Shown here piece after piece: positions 8,638 to 17,233 of a stretch of 20,516 nucleotides of DNA. The DNA is from Candidatus Sumerlaeales bacterium (GTDB lineage Bacteria; Sumerlaeota; Sumerlaeia; Sumerlaeales; Sumerlaeaceae), in contig JBBSQY010000055.1 of the NCBI GenBank assembly GCA_038243585.1, forward strand, positions 1 through 20,516, read 5' to 3'. The position numbers and the translations under genes were made by a program. The notes under the pieces are model-generated. The model ran no database searches. It was given only the letters and a program-made list of their open reading frames with translations, and was not told the origin of the DNA. Positions within the stretch are counted from its first letter, which is position 1. The number at the start of each line of letters is the position of its first letter.

Positions 8638-11600
8638 ATCGCTATCAAGAAGACAACTAAAGCGGCGACCGCTGCGGCGGATTCACCGGTAAAAATAGCA
8701 AAAGCCAAGGCCACAAAGGCCCGCGTAACGAAGCGAGAATCCAAAACTCCTCGGGAGGTGCTGGCGTTTGAAGGCGTACGCACCCATGAAGAAAAAATAA
8801 AAACTCACTACCGCTCGATTCCTCTGGGGACTGAGCGCGACGACCAGGTTGATCTGAACTCTCTGAATGCGGTGGCGCGTATCACAATTGCGTCGCCTGA
8901 GCGAATCCTGCAATGGTCTCGTCGCAACAGCCGCGCTGCAGAACGCCGTATCGGTCTGAGCAGCAACCGCTTTGATGATATGGACTTGTCCAGCTTTGGT
9001 GAAGTGAAAAAGCCTGAAACGATCAACTATCGTACGTTTAAGCCGGAAAAAGATGGTTTGTTCTGCGAGCGTATTTTTGGGCCTACAAAAGACTGGGAAT
9101 GTGCCTGCGGCAAATACAAGCGCATCAAGTACAAGGGTATCGTTTGTGACCGTTGTGGCGTTGAAGTTATCGAGAGCAAAGTCCGTCGTACCCGCATGGG
9201 GCACATCAAACTTGCTGCGCCGGTCTGCCATATCTGGTTCTATAAAGGCACGTCCAGCCGCATCTCCAGCCTGCTTGATGTTTCTGTAAAGGATCTCGGC
9301 AAGGTCATCTACTTTCAGAATTTCATCGTTATTGATCCTGGTGATTCCCCTCTGAAAGAAAAACAGATTCTTACAGATGACGAAGTGCGTAAGTACCGCG
9401 AAGTTTATGGTGACAAGATCGATTTGCGCATCGGTGCAGAGGCTGTTCGCGAGATGCTTCGCAAAATTGACATCGACGAGTTGTCCACCCGCCTGGCTAT
9501 TGAAATGCGCCAGGCCACCAGCGCTCAGCGACGTAATAAAATTATCAAGCGCCTAAAGATTGTTGAAGCCTTCCGTGGTTCTGATAACGATCCGCAGTGG
9601 ATGGTTATGGAAATCTTGCCGGTTATCCCGCCGGAATTGCGTCCTCTTGTTCATCTGGATGGTGGGCGTTTCGCCACGTCAGATCTTAACGACTTGTACC
9701 GCCGCGTTATCAACCGTAATAATCGCTTGAAGAAACTTATGGAACTTAAAGCTCCTGAAGTGATTCTGCGTAACGAAAAGCGCATGCTTCAGGAAGCTGT
9801 AGATGCTCTGTTTGACAACAGCCGTCGCACACGTCCTACGAAGGGTCACAACAACCGTCCTCTAAAATCTTTGAGCGATATGCTCAAAGGCAAACAGGGC
9901 CGGTTCCGTCAGAATCTGCTCGGAAAGCGCGTTGATTACTCTGGCCGTTCTGTTATCGTGGTCGGACCCGAGCTGAATTTCAACGAATGCGGCCTGCCTA
10001 AGAAGATGGCTCTTGAGCTGTTTGACCCCTTTATCATTAGAGAGCTTGAGTCCCGCGGTTACGTTAATACTATCAAGGCAGCAAAGAAGATGATGGAGCG
10101 TGAAGCTCCGGAAGTCTACGATATCCTTGACGATATTATTAAAGACCATCCGGTCTTGCTAAACCGCGCACCGACACTTCACCGTCTGGGCGTTCAGGCT
10201 TTCATGCCGCGCCTGGTTGAAGGTAAGGCGATCCGTCTGCACCCACTGTCATGTACGGCCTTTAACGCTGACTTTGACGGCGATCAGATGGCTGTCCACG
10301 TGCCTTTGAGCACGGAAGCGAAGCTGGAAGCGATGAACCTGATGCTTGCGGAGAACAACATTCTCTCCCCTGCAAACGGCAAGCCGATCTCTACGCCCGC
10401 ACAGGACATGGTTCTCGGACTTTTCTACATTACCAAGCTTGTTATTAATGAAAAGCGCTACACTGGCGTAAAGACCGACGAAGAAAAGCAACGCCTGATG
10501 CCGCGCTTCTCATCTCGCGATGAAGCCATTATGGCGCTGAACCATAAGGTGGTAACTCTGCAGGAGGAAGTAATCGTTCGACTGGCGGATGGCCGTAAGG
10601 TCAAAACAACGCCCGGCCGCGTGATGTTCGCATCCATCCTGCCAGATGAAATCGACTTTTTCGACGAAAAGTCACCTATCGCCAATACCGTTATGACCAA
10701 GGGTCTCCTGGGTCAGGTTGCTGCGGTTGCGCATAAGCTGGTCGGTCCAAAGCGTACGGCCCGCATGCTCGATGCCATGAAGAACCTTGGATACCAGCAG
10801 GCTAAGGTGGCCGGTATTTCTATCTGCATCAGCGACATGGTCATCCCGCCCCGTAAAGGCGAGATTCTTGAAGCAGCCCGCAAAAAAGTCGATCAGGTCA
10901 TGAAGCATTACTCAAAAGGTCTGATCACATACGGCGAACGCTACTCGAAGATCATTCATGAATGGTCGCTTGCCACGGATGCCGTAGCCAGCGAAATGAT
11001 GAGCTTGATGCAGAAGGATCAGAAGGGTCTGAACCCGGTATATATCATGTCGCAGTCCGGTGCTCGTGGTAACGAAGCCCAGATTCGTCAGCTTGCCGGT
11101 ATGCGCGGTCTGATGCAGAAGCCAACCAAGAAGATCACTGGTGAGGTGGGTGAAATTATTGAAAGCCCGATCATCTCGAACTTCCGCGAAGGCCTAACAG
11201 TTCTTGAATACTTCATCTCCACCCACGGTGCACGAAAGGGTCTGGCTGATACGGCGCTGAAAACATCCGACGCTGGATATCTGACACGTCGGCTTTGCGA
11301 TGTGGCCCAGGATCTGATCATTACCCAGGAAGACTGCGGCACGCAGGACGGCATTACCGTCGGCGCAATCATCGAAGTAACGCGTACGGGTGAACGGGAG
11401 CTTGAACCACTGAGCGATCGTATCGCAGGACGTGTGGCTTGTAACCGGATCAAAGATCCGGAAACCGGCAAGGAAATCGTTAAAAAGAACGAAATCATCA
11501 CTGACGAACAGGCCAAACAGATTGAGCGGTCCGGCATCGGAACGGTTGCAATTCGTAGTGTTCTGACCTGTCAGACAAAGCGCGGCGTTTGTTGCAAATG

Positions 11601-13092
11601 TTATGGCCGCAACCTGTCGACAGGACGCGTCGTCGAATTGGGCGAAGCCGTCGGAATTATCGCGGCTCAGTCCATCGGTGAACCAGGCACTCAGCTGACC
11701 TTGCGTACGTTCCACATCGGTGGTACAGCATCGGTCGACGTTGAGGGTTGGTACCAGTCATCCGCGGACGGCATCATTAAGTTCCGCGATATGAAAACGG
11801 TCAGCAATACGGAAGATATCGCAATCGTAATTGGTCGCGGTGGTTCGATGGTTGTTGAGGATGAAGGCGGGAACGTCCTGCAGACTCTACCTATGATTCC
11901 TTATGGTGCTCGCATCCTCGTAGCAGAGGGCGCGCAGATCAGCCGTGGTGATCGTCTGGTGGAATGGGATCCTCACTTTACACCAATCCTGTCCGAACAG
12001 GCTGGTATCCTTCATCTGTCCGACATTGTAACTGGCATCACCTTGAAAGAAGAGTTCGACACACAAACGGAAATGACGCAGCGTATTATTTCCGAGCATA
12101 AGGACGAGCGTCATCCTTCCGTTCAGATCATGGACAAGAAGGGCGAATTGCTGGCCCAGTATGCGCTGAGCTCTGGAACAATTCTTAGCCGCGAAGTGGA
12201 AGACGGTCGTGCGGTGGGCGCTGGCGAAGTGCTGGCCCGTATTCCGCGGTCTCACACGAAGAGCAAGGACATCACCGGTGGTCTGCCGCGCATTGACGAA
12301 CTCTTTGAAGGCCGCAAGCCTAAGGATTCAGCAGTCATCGCTAAAATCGACGGCGTGATCCGCATCAAAGGCAGCGCCAAGGGAGCGAGAAAGTTCACAA
12401 TCACTGCGGAAAACGGTGACGAGATACTGGAGTCGATCCCGGTGAGCCGCCATCTGGTGGTTCGAGATGGCGAACGCGTCAATGCAGGCGATATCATAAC
12501 TGACGGAACCCCAAGCCCGCATGATGTGTTGGCGGTTAAGGGCGAGAAAGCGGTAATGGAATTCCTGCTCGGCGAAGTTCAGGAAGTGTATCGCCTCCAG
12601 AAGGTGAACATTAACGATAAGCACATCGAGAGCATCATCCGTCAGATGTTGAAAAAAGTGGTAGTCGAAGAGGTCGGCAACACCCGCTTCCTGTACGGGC
12701 AGCAGGTCGATCGCTGGGAGTTCATTGAAGAGAACCGTCTCACCGAAGAAAAAGGTGGAACACAGGCCAAGGGCAAACCGAAACTTCTCGGTCTTACCAA
12801 GGCATCTCTTGAGACGGAATCCTTTATCTCGGCAGCTTCCTTCCAGGAAACAACCCGCGTGCTTACCGACGCGGCCGTGCGTGGACGCTACGACTTCCTC
12901 CGCGGTCTGAAGGAAAACGTTATCATGGGTCTGTTGATTCCTGCAGGAACTGGCTTACCGGCATACCGTAACATCCACGTGAAACCTCACGAGGATGAAA
13001 TTGGTCCGGACGGTAACGACGAAGACTACAGCGGCGACGACGATGGTTACGACCAGGATGAAGCATTCGAAGATACTGCAAAAGAAGCGTAA
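8638..13092 (+). CDS. rpoC: DNA-directed RNA polymerase subunit beta' (start uncertain: ATC 8638 proposed; first canonical start is GTG 8758)
   Basis: Motifs [13 protein letters not shown], the zinc ribbon ([12 protein letters not shown]), catalytic [36 protein letters not shown] and [15 protein letters not shown]. The frame is open back to a TAG at 8608. Confidence 0.98.
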   Translation: MAIKKTTKAATAAADSPVKIAKAKATKARVTKRESKTPREVLAFEGVRTHEEKIKTHYRSIPLGTERDDQVDLNSLNAVARITIASPERILQWSRRNSRAAERRIGLSSNRFDDMDLSSFGEVKKPETINYRTFKPEKDGLFCERIFGPTKDWECACGKYKRIKYKGIVCDRCGVEVIESKVRRTRMGHIKLAAPVCHIWFYKGTSSRISSLLDVSVKDLGKVIYFQNFIVIDPGDSPLKEKQILTDDEVRKYREVYGDKIDLRIGAEAVREMLRKIDIDELSTRLAIEMRQATSAQRRNKIIKRLKIVEAFRGSDNDPQWMVMEILPVIPPELRPLVHLDGGRFATSDLNDLYRRVINRNNRLKKLMELKAPEVILRNEKRMLQEAVDALFDNSRRTRPTKGHNNRPLKSLSDMLKGKQGRFRQNLLGKRVDYSGRSVIVVGPELNFNECGLPKKMALELFDPFIIRELESRGYVNTIKAAKKMMEREAPEVYDILDDIIKDHPVLLNRAPTLHRLGVQAFMPRLVEGKAIRLHPLSCTAFNADFDGDQMAVHVPLSTEAKLEAMNLMLAENNILSPANGKPISTPAQDMVLGLFYITKLVINEKRYTGVKTDEEKQRLMPRFSSRDEAIMALNHKVVTLQEEVIVRLADGRKVKTTPGRVMFASILPDEIDFFDEKSPIANTVMTKGLLGQVAAVAHKLVGPKRTARMLDAMKNLGYQQAKVAGISICISDMVIPPRKGEILEAARKKVDQVMKHYSKGLITYGERYSKIIHEWSLATDAVASEMMSLMQKDQKGLNPVYIMSQSGARGNEAQIRQLAGMRGLMQKPTKKITGEVGEIIESPIISNFREGLTVLEYFISTHGARKGLADTALKTSDAGYLTRRLCDVAQDLIITQEDCGTQDGITVGAIIEVTRTGERELEPLSDRIAGRVACNRIKDPETGKEIVKKNEIITDEQAKQIERSGIGTVAIRSVLTCQTKRGVCCKCYGRNLSTGRVVELGEAVGIIAAQSIGEPGTQLTLRTFHIGGTASVDVEGWYQSSADGIIKFRDMKTVSNTEDIAIVIGRGGSMVVEDEGGNVLQTLPMIPYGARILVAEGAQISRGDRLVEWDPHFTPILSEQAGILHLSDIVTGITLKEEFDTQTEMTQRIISEHKDERHPSVQIMDKKGELLAQYALSSGTILSREVEDGRAVGAGEVLARIPRSHTKSKDITGGLPRIDELFEGRKPKDSAVIAKIDGVIRIKGSAKGARKFTITAENGDEILESIPVSRHLVVRDGERVNAGDIITDGTPSPHDVLAVKGEKAVMEFLLGEVQEVYRLQKVNINDKHIESIIRQMLKKVVVEEVGNTRFLYGQQVDRWEFIEENRLTEEKGGTQAKGKPKLLGLTKASLETESFISAASFQETTRVLTDAAVRGRYDFLRGLKENVIMGLLIPAGTGLPAYRNIHVKPHEDEIGPDGNDEDYSGDDDGYDQDEAFEDTAKEA

Positions 13093-13133
13093 CCTTTTCT
13101 CGCATATCTGATTTATAACAACTTAAATTAATA

Positions 13134-13175
13134 AACCCCCGGTCATTCGTAAGATGACTGGGGGGCTTTTTTTTT
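13134..13175 (+). terminator. Intrinsic terminator of rpoBC
   Basis: CCCCCGGTCATT / GATGACTGGGGG stem (13136-13164) followed by T9 (13167-13175). Confidence 0.9.
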
Positions 13176-13330
13176 GGTGGGAGGGCCTAGAGAGAATTTG
13201 CAATTTGTTCAGCTTGAACAGTATTTCTGAATCGCCTTTCCGGCAGGCCAAAAACTGTCGGAACCTTACGGAACTCAGTTAAAAATTTCTGTGAAAGCAC
13301 TTTAGTAATGAGCGGCAATTATGCCGCAGT

Positions 13331-14005
13331 TTAATACAGATAGCTCGGGACGACGCCAAAGACTTCGCCGTTCTTCTGGGTCCTGATTATGTTTCCCCGA
13401 CTAATCGTGCCGTTTGTTGAATCATAATCAATCCATTGGCCCTGGCTTTTCATGCCGGTTCCTGTTACGGGTTCGTTGTAGTAACTGCGATCCGGGCCAT
13501 AGGAGAACATGGCATATTCCCCAGCATACTTCAGGGTATCCAAGTAGAATCCATAGCCTGGTAAACACTTAAGAGCAAACTCGGAATTGTGGTAAAAGTG
13601 CCGCCCCTGTACTGCTAAAATGGCCGAGCCAGGTGTCGCGCGGTGCGGTGGACTTACGGGCTTAAACGGATCAAGAGGAATATTGCTCAGATATGAAAGC
13701 GGAGTGGTCAGCGTGGACGGCACGTGCTCATGCCAGTCGGCTCTGGTATAATACACCCCGCCAGTATCAGCAAAAGCATCATAAGGGCGAGGGTATTTGT
13801 TATTGTCAATCTTGTAGGTTTCCAGGGCTGTGGACTCGGTTCGCATGTCGGCCCGTGCTCTGCTAATTTTTGCCCGTGTTTGCGCTTCCAAAAAGTTCGG
13901 CACCGCAATCGCAGCGAGGATTGCAATTATAGCCACTACAATCAGCAGCTCGATCAAAGTAAAGCCTGTCTGAAACTTCAAGCAGCATCTAGCACTCGTT
14001 CGCAT
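13331..14005 (-). CDS. Prepilin-type N-terminal cleavage/methylation domain protein (GspG/pseudopilin-like), paralogue 1
   Basis: G|FTLIELLIVVAIIAILAAIAVPNF class III signal, ALETYKIDNNKYP, LTTP..YL..IPLDPF, SYGPD and YDSTNGTISRGNI. SD AGGAGAGG upstream. Confidence 0.9.
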   Translation of the reverse strand: MRTSARCCLKFQTGFTLIELLIVVAIIAILAAIAVPNFLEAQTRAKISRARADMRTESTALETYKIDNNKYPRPYDAFADTGGVYYTRADWHEHVPSTLTTPLSYLSNIPLDPFKPVSPPHRATPGSAILAVQGRHFYHNSEFALKCLPGYGFYLDTLKYAGEYAMFSYGPDRSYYNEPVTGTGMKSQGQWIDYDSTNGTISRGNIIRTQKNGEVFGVVPSYLY

Positions 14006-14346
14006 GATACCTCTCCTATATTGATTGAGATTTCTTTATAATAATTGGGGCGTGAAGTCGTTTGCTGCGAAGTTCAAGTTGGTAAATGATCTATTGTTTT
14101 TAGAAAATCAATAAAGTTATAGTGTTTCCGACTTAACGCAAATCTACTTATATCCGCAGAGAAAGGCCAAATGGGGTCGGAGAACTTAGGAAAGCGGAAC
14201 TGTTCCGAAAGATAACTGTGAAGACACTGCCATTCGTATTATTTAGATGACCGGAATACGTCATATTCCGGGGGAACGGGAACGGCCTTACGGATATTTT
14301 TAGGAGTGCCAGTGGGGGGGCTTATATGGCAATGGGCATTGAACCA

Positions 14347-15084
14347 CTACAATGCGTTAGTATATCCCTTGGGGGAGCGTTGGGAATACATGATATTGCC
14401 CCAGCTCAAGGTTCCATTCGTAGGATCGTAGGGTTGCCACAAGATCAGAGGATTAGAGTTGCTGACGCCTTGCCAGCCACGATGAGGTGTGGGTGCGCCT
14501 GGATCGACGCCGTCAGGGCCTACGGCAAAGAGGAGGTAATCCCCAAATTCTGTTTGGAAATTTATAAAATTTGCATTTCGTCCCGCGCGGGCCGGGTCCT
14601 CCACAGGATCGAATTTAGTCCCGTAGATCGATTCGGTATTCCAGTATTTAATGTCATTCCACTGCCAGTAAGGAGCAGGTTGACCTCCAACAGTGGGCAT
14701 TGCTTTATTAAATGGGTCAGGAATCCGGCACGTATTAAGGTAGGCAACCGGTGTCGTTAAATTTTTTGAAATTCTATTGTGGTTATATTCCGTTGGGACT
14801 GGGTAGCCATTTGCACCGCGGATGTGAAAATATCCATCGTATGCACACACGTTGTAATCAATCCTGTAGGTTTCGATTCCGGTTACACAGGTTCTTATGT
14901 CTGCGTAATTTCGCGCTATTTTAGCGCGCGTTTGGGCTTCCAGGAAATTAGGCACCGCAATGGCCGCCAGGATCGCAATTATCGCCACGACGATAAGCAA
15001 TTCAATCAGTGTGAAAGCCCTGCAAAACCGGTTTGTTCTGAGCGTTTTCCCATGCATGATTTCTTTTCCCGTTTCTGCAGGCAT
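14347..15084 (-). CDS. Prepilin-type N-terminal cleavage/methylation domain protein, paralogue 2 (alternative start ATG 15057)
   Basis: A|FTLIELLIVVAIIAILAAIAVPNFLEAQTRAKI, IETYRIDYN, LTTPVAYL..IPDPF, AVGPDG and YDPTNGTLSWGNI. Confidence 0.9.
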   Translation of the reverse strand: MPAETGKEIMHGKTLRTNRFCRAFTLIELLIVVAIIAILAAIAVPNFLEAQTRAKIARNYADIRTCVTGIETYRIDYNVCAYDGYFHIRGANGYPVPTEYNHNRISKNLTTPVAYLNTCRIPDPFNKAMPTVGGQPAPYWQWNDIKYWNTESIYGTKFDPVEDPARAGRNANFINFQTEFGDYLLFAVGPDGVDPGAPTPHRGWQGVSNSNPLILWQPYDPTNGTLSWGNIMYSQRSPKGYTNAL

Positions 15085-15126
15085 CAGTTGTTTATCGGCG
15101 CCTGTTTTTGTATAAGTATTTAAAAG

Positions 15127-15156
15127 ATTATATTAATTAGGGAATCTCCAATTGAA
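15127..15156 (-). promoter_or_regulatory. Putative sigma70 promoter for the pilin-like genes
   Basis: On the minus strand TTCAAT, 18 nt spacer, TATAAT, within the AT-rich divergent intergenic region. Confidence 0.4.
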
Positions 15157-15205
15157 AAATCAAGCAAAACCATGGCAAGGCAAAAAATGAATTGGCGATG
15201 ATCCT

Positions 15206-16540
15206 ATGCCTATTAATGTATCAGTTTTTAACGTTTATTTCCCTCGGAGCCCTGCCTTGTCTGCACATCCCATAGATCAGCTCGAAGCCATTGCCGCTAA
15301 AGTCGGGACGCCGTTCTGGCTGTATGACGCTGCAACGCTCCGGCGTCGGATTGACAATGTGTTGGCGGTGTGCAAGCCGGGAGATGTGCAGCCGCGTTTT
15401 GCCATGAAGGCAAACAGCGCCACGAGGGTCCTGCAAGAGATGCGCGCCAAGGGTGTGTGGATCGACGCCGTCAGCGCAAATGAATGCCTTCGCGCCCTCC
15501 ACGCCGGGTATAAGTCCGGAGCAAACCCCCCGGAGGTAATGCTTACCGCCGATGTCTTCCGCGACAATGCCCTCGACGTCATCCGCGAACATCAGTTCCA
15601 AGTGAACATCGGCTCGCCCGGCATGGTTCGCGAGTTGGCGGAGGCCGGATACACCGGGAGTATAGCGGTCCGCCTAAACCCAGGCTTTGGGCATGGCCAT
15701 GTAAACGCCTGCGACACCGGGGGACCCAGCTCAAAGCATGGTATCTGGTGGTCACATGTTGCCCAGACCGTTAATCTTGCCAAAAAACACGGTATTAAGA
15801 TCAACGTCCTTCACGCCCACATCGGCAGCGGCCCCACAATGGAAGAACTGGTAAGCAATCTCACTCGCCTCGCAGAGGAATTCGCCCAGGTGGCCTCCGA
15901 TTTTCCAGACCTGGAGGCTATCAGCCTGGGTGGGGGCATCCCCCATAACTATCGGGAGGATCAGCCCGAGCCTGACCTGACAAAGCTAGCCGACGTTTTT
16001 GCTCATGCGCGTACAGCGCTTAACCGCGCTGTCGGACGCTCTATCCGCATAGAAATTGAGCCAGGCCGCTACTACGTCGCGCCAATGGGAACCCTTGTTA
16101 CCCGCGTCGCTGACATCAAGAAAACGGAATCCAACGAAAAAGGCAAAGGCCATGAGTTCGTAATGGTCGATGCTGGATTTGTCGATCTTGTGCGCCCGGC
16201 TATGTACGGCAGTTATCATCGCATATCCGTTCCGGGAAAAGAAGATCAGCCTCGGGAACCTTTCGTTATCGCGGGACCCCTTTGCGAATCCGGCGATGTT
16301 TTTACACGTGACGCCGACGAACTTCTCGCCCCCCGCCAGTTTCCGCGCCCCGTTCCCGGCGATTTGATGTGCCTGCATGACGGCGGCGCTTATGGCTATG
16401 CCATGGCGTCTAACTATAATTCCATTGGCCGCGCCCCGCAGGTATGGCTGGAAGAAGACGGTTCAACCACGCAAATCAGCCGCCGGGAAAACCTCGATGA
16501 CGTTTTGAAAGCGGAGATATCTGAGCCGCTGAGCGTTTAA
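15206..16540 (+). CDS. lysA: Diaminopimelate decarboxylase
   Basis: Motifs GTPFWLYD, the PLP-lysine motif RFAMKAN, GGPSSKHGI, HAHIGSG, LGGG, EPGRY, RPAMYGSYH, GPLCESGDVFT and GAYGYAMASNYN. Exact start uncertain (no clear SD). Confidence 0.95.
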   Translation: MPINVSVFNVYFPRSPALSAHPIDQLEAIAAKVGTPFWLYDAATLRRRIDNVLAVCKPGDVQPRFAMKANSATRVLQEMRAKGVWIDAVSANECLRALHAGYKSGANPPEVMLTADVFRDNALDVIREHQFQVNIGSPGMVRELAEAGYTGSIAVRLNPGFGHGHVNACDTGGPSSKHGIWWSHVAQTVNLAKKHGIKINVLHAHIGSGPTMEELVSNLTRLAEEFAQVASDFPDLEAISLGGGIPHNYREDQPEPDLTKLADVFAHARTALNRAVGRSIRIEIEPGRYYVAPMGTLVTRVADIKKTESNEKGKGHEFVMVDAGFVDLVRPAMYGSYHRISVPGKEDQPREPFVIAGPLCESGDVFTRDADELLAPRQFPRPVPGDLMCLHDGGAYGYAMASNYNSIGRAPQVWLEEDGSTTQISRRENLDDVLKAEISEPLSV

Positions 16541-16712
16541 CGTTAAGCACAGCGACACCACGTAAGGAGCGGAAGAAGGCTGATCTATATACTCACTGTT
16601 GTGTGATGGGTATACGATAGTTCATGTTGCGGAGCTCGTTGGAAGGCTCGTTTTACACCCGTTAAAATATTATCCGCAAATTCTCAAGCATGTAAAGTCG
16701 CGCACATTTCGT

Positions 16713-16750
16713 AAAACAGCGCCGCGAATCTTCGCGGCGCTGTTTTTTTT
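16713..16750 (+). terminator. Intrinsic terminator downstream of lysA (possibly bidirectional)
   Basis: Perfect inverted repeat AAAACAGCGCCGCGAA-TC-TTCGCGGCGCTGTTTT running into T8. Confidence 0.88.
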
Positions 16751-16980
16751 GGCATTTCTGCAGATATCGGGTGATCTTGATTGACCAAACTTGTAAGAAA
16801 AAATCCCCTTTAGAGCTTTTTTCTCCAGCAGCCCAAGTCCCTTACAATGTTGAACGAGTGAGGGTTAACCCGATAGGTAGCGGATTTGAGGGAGCTTGAT
16901 CCTGTAGGAATTAATTGTAAGCATAAAAAATGTGCATTTAGATGTTGCATTCTATCCACCAGCTATTGCAAAACATGACA

Positions 16981-17222
16981 GATCACTGCTCCAGCCACGG
17001 ACGTCAGTAAAGGGCCGTCGGGGTAAGTGACGAGGTTTGATCACTTCTATAGATTCGATAGAGAGAAAGGTCTAGATGCTCCATTTTCGGCATAAGCCGG
17101 GGAAGTAAAAAGCTTATAACTGTCTTCAGGACACCTTGGCGGGTACTCCTGAGAAGGCAAGATTCAAACCAAAACGGCCTGGCACACACCAGGCGAAAAT
17201 TCAACCCCTTATTCAGGAGGAG
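16981..17222 (+). promoter_or_regulatory. Structured 5' leader of the large surface-protein gene
   Basis: Consecutive hairpins 16983-17030, 17046-17062, 17084-17103, 17121-17159 and 17177-17194, then SD AGGAGG at 17215-17220. Confidence 0.45.
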
Positions 17223-17233
17223 CCACACTTACG

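Noticed and set aside
8754..8800. Strong SD GGAGGTG followed by an out-of-frame mini-ORF (TTG 8768, [10 protein letters not shown])
   Set aside because: Most simply a by-product of the rpoC codons CGG GAG GTG. It is kept only as an alternative hypothesis to test for the rpoC start.
14251..14271. Perfect hairpin CCGGAATA-N5-TATTCCGG between the pilin-like genes, and GCGGCA/TGCCGC at 13312-13327
   Set aside because: Neither has a U-tract on the coding strand, so they cannot be called terminators. They may be 3' stabilising stems.
13331..15084. Diversity-generating retroelement or shufflon acting on the pilin-like genes
   Set aside because: No reverse transcriptase or recombinase, no near-identical TR/VR nucleotide pair, and no inverted crossover sites.
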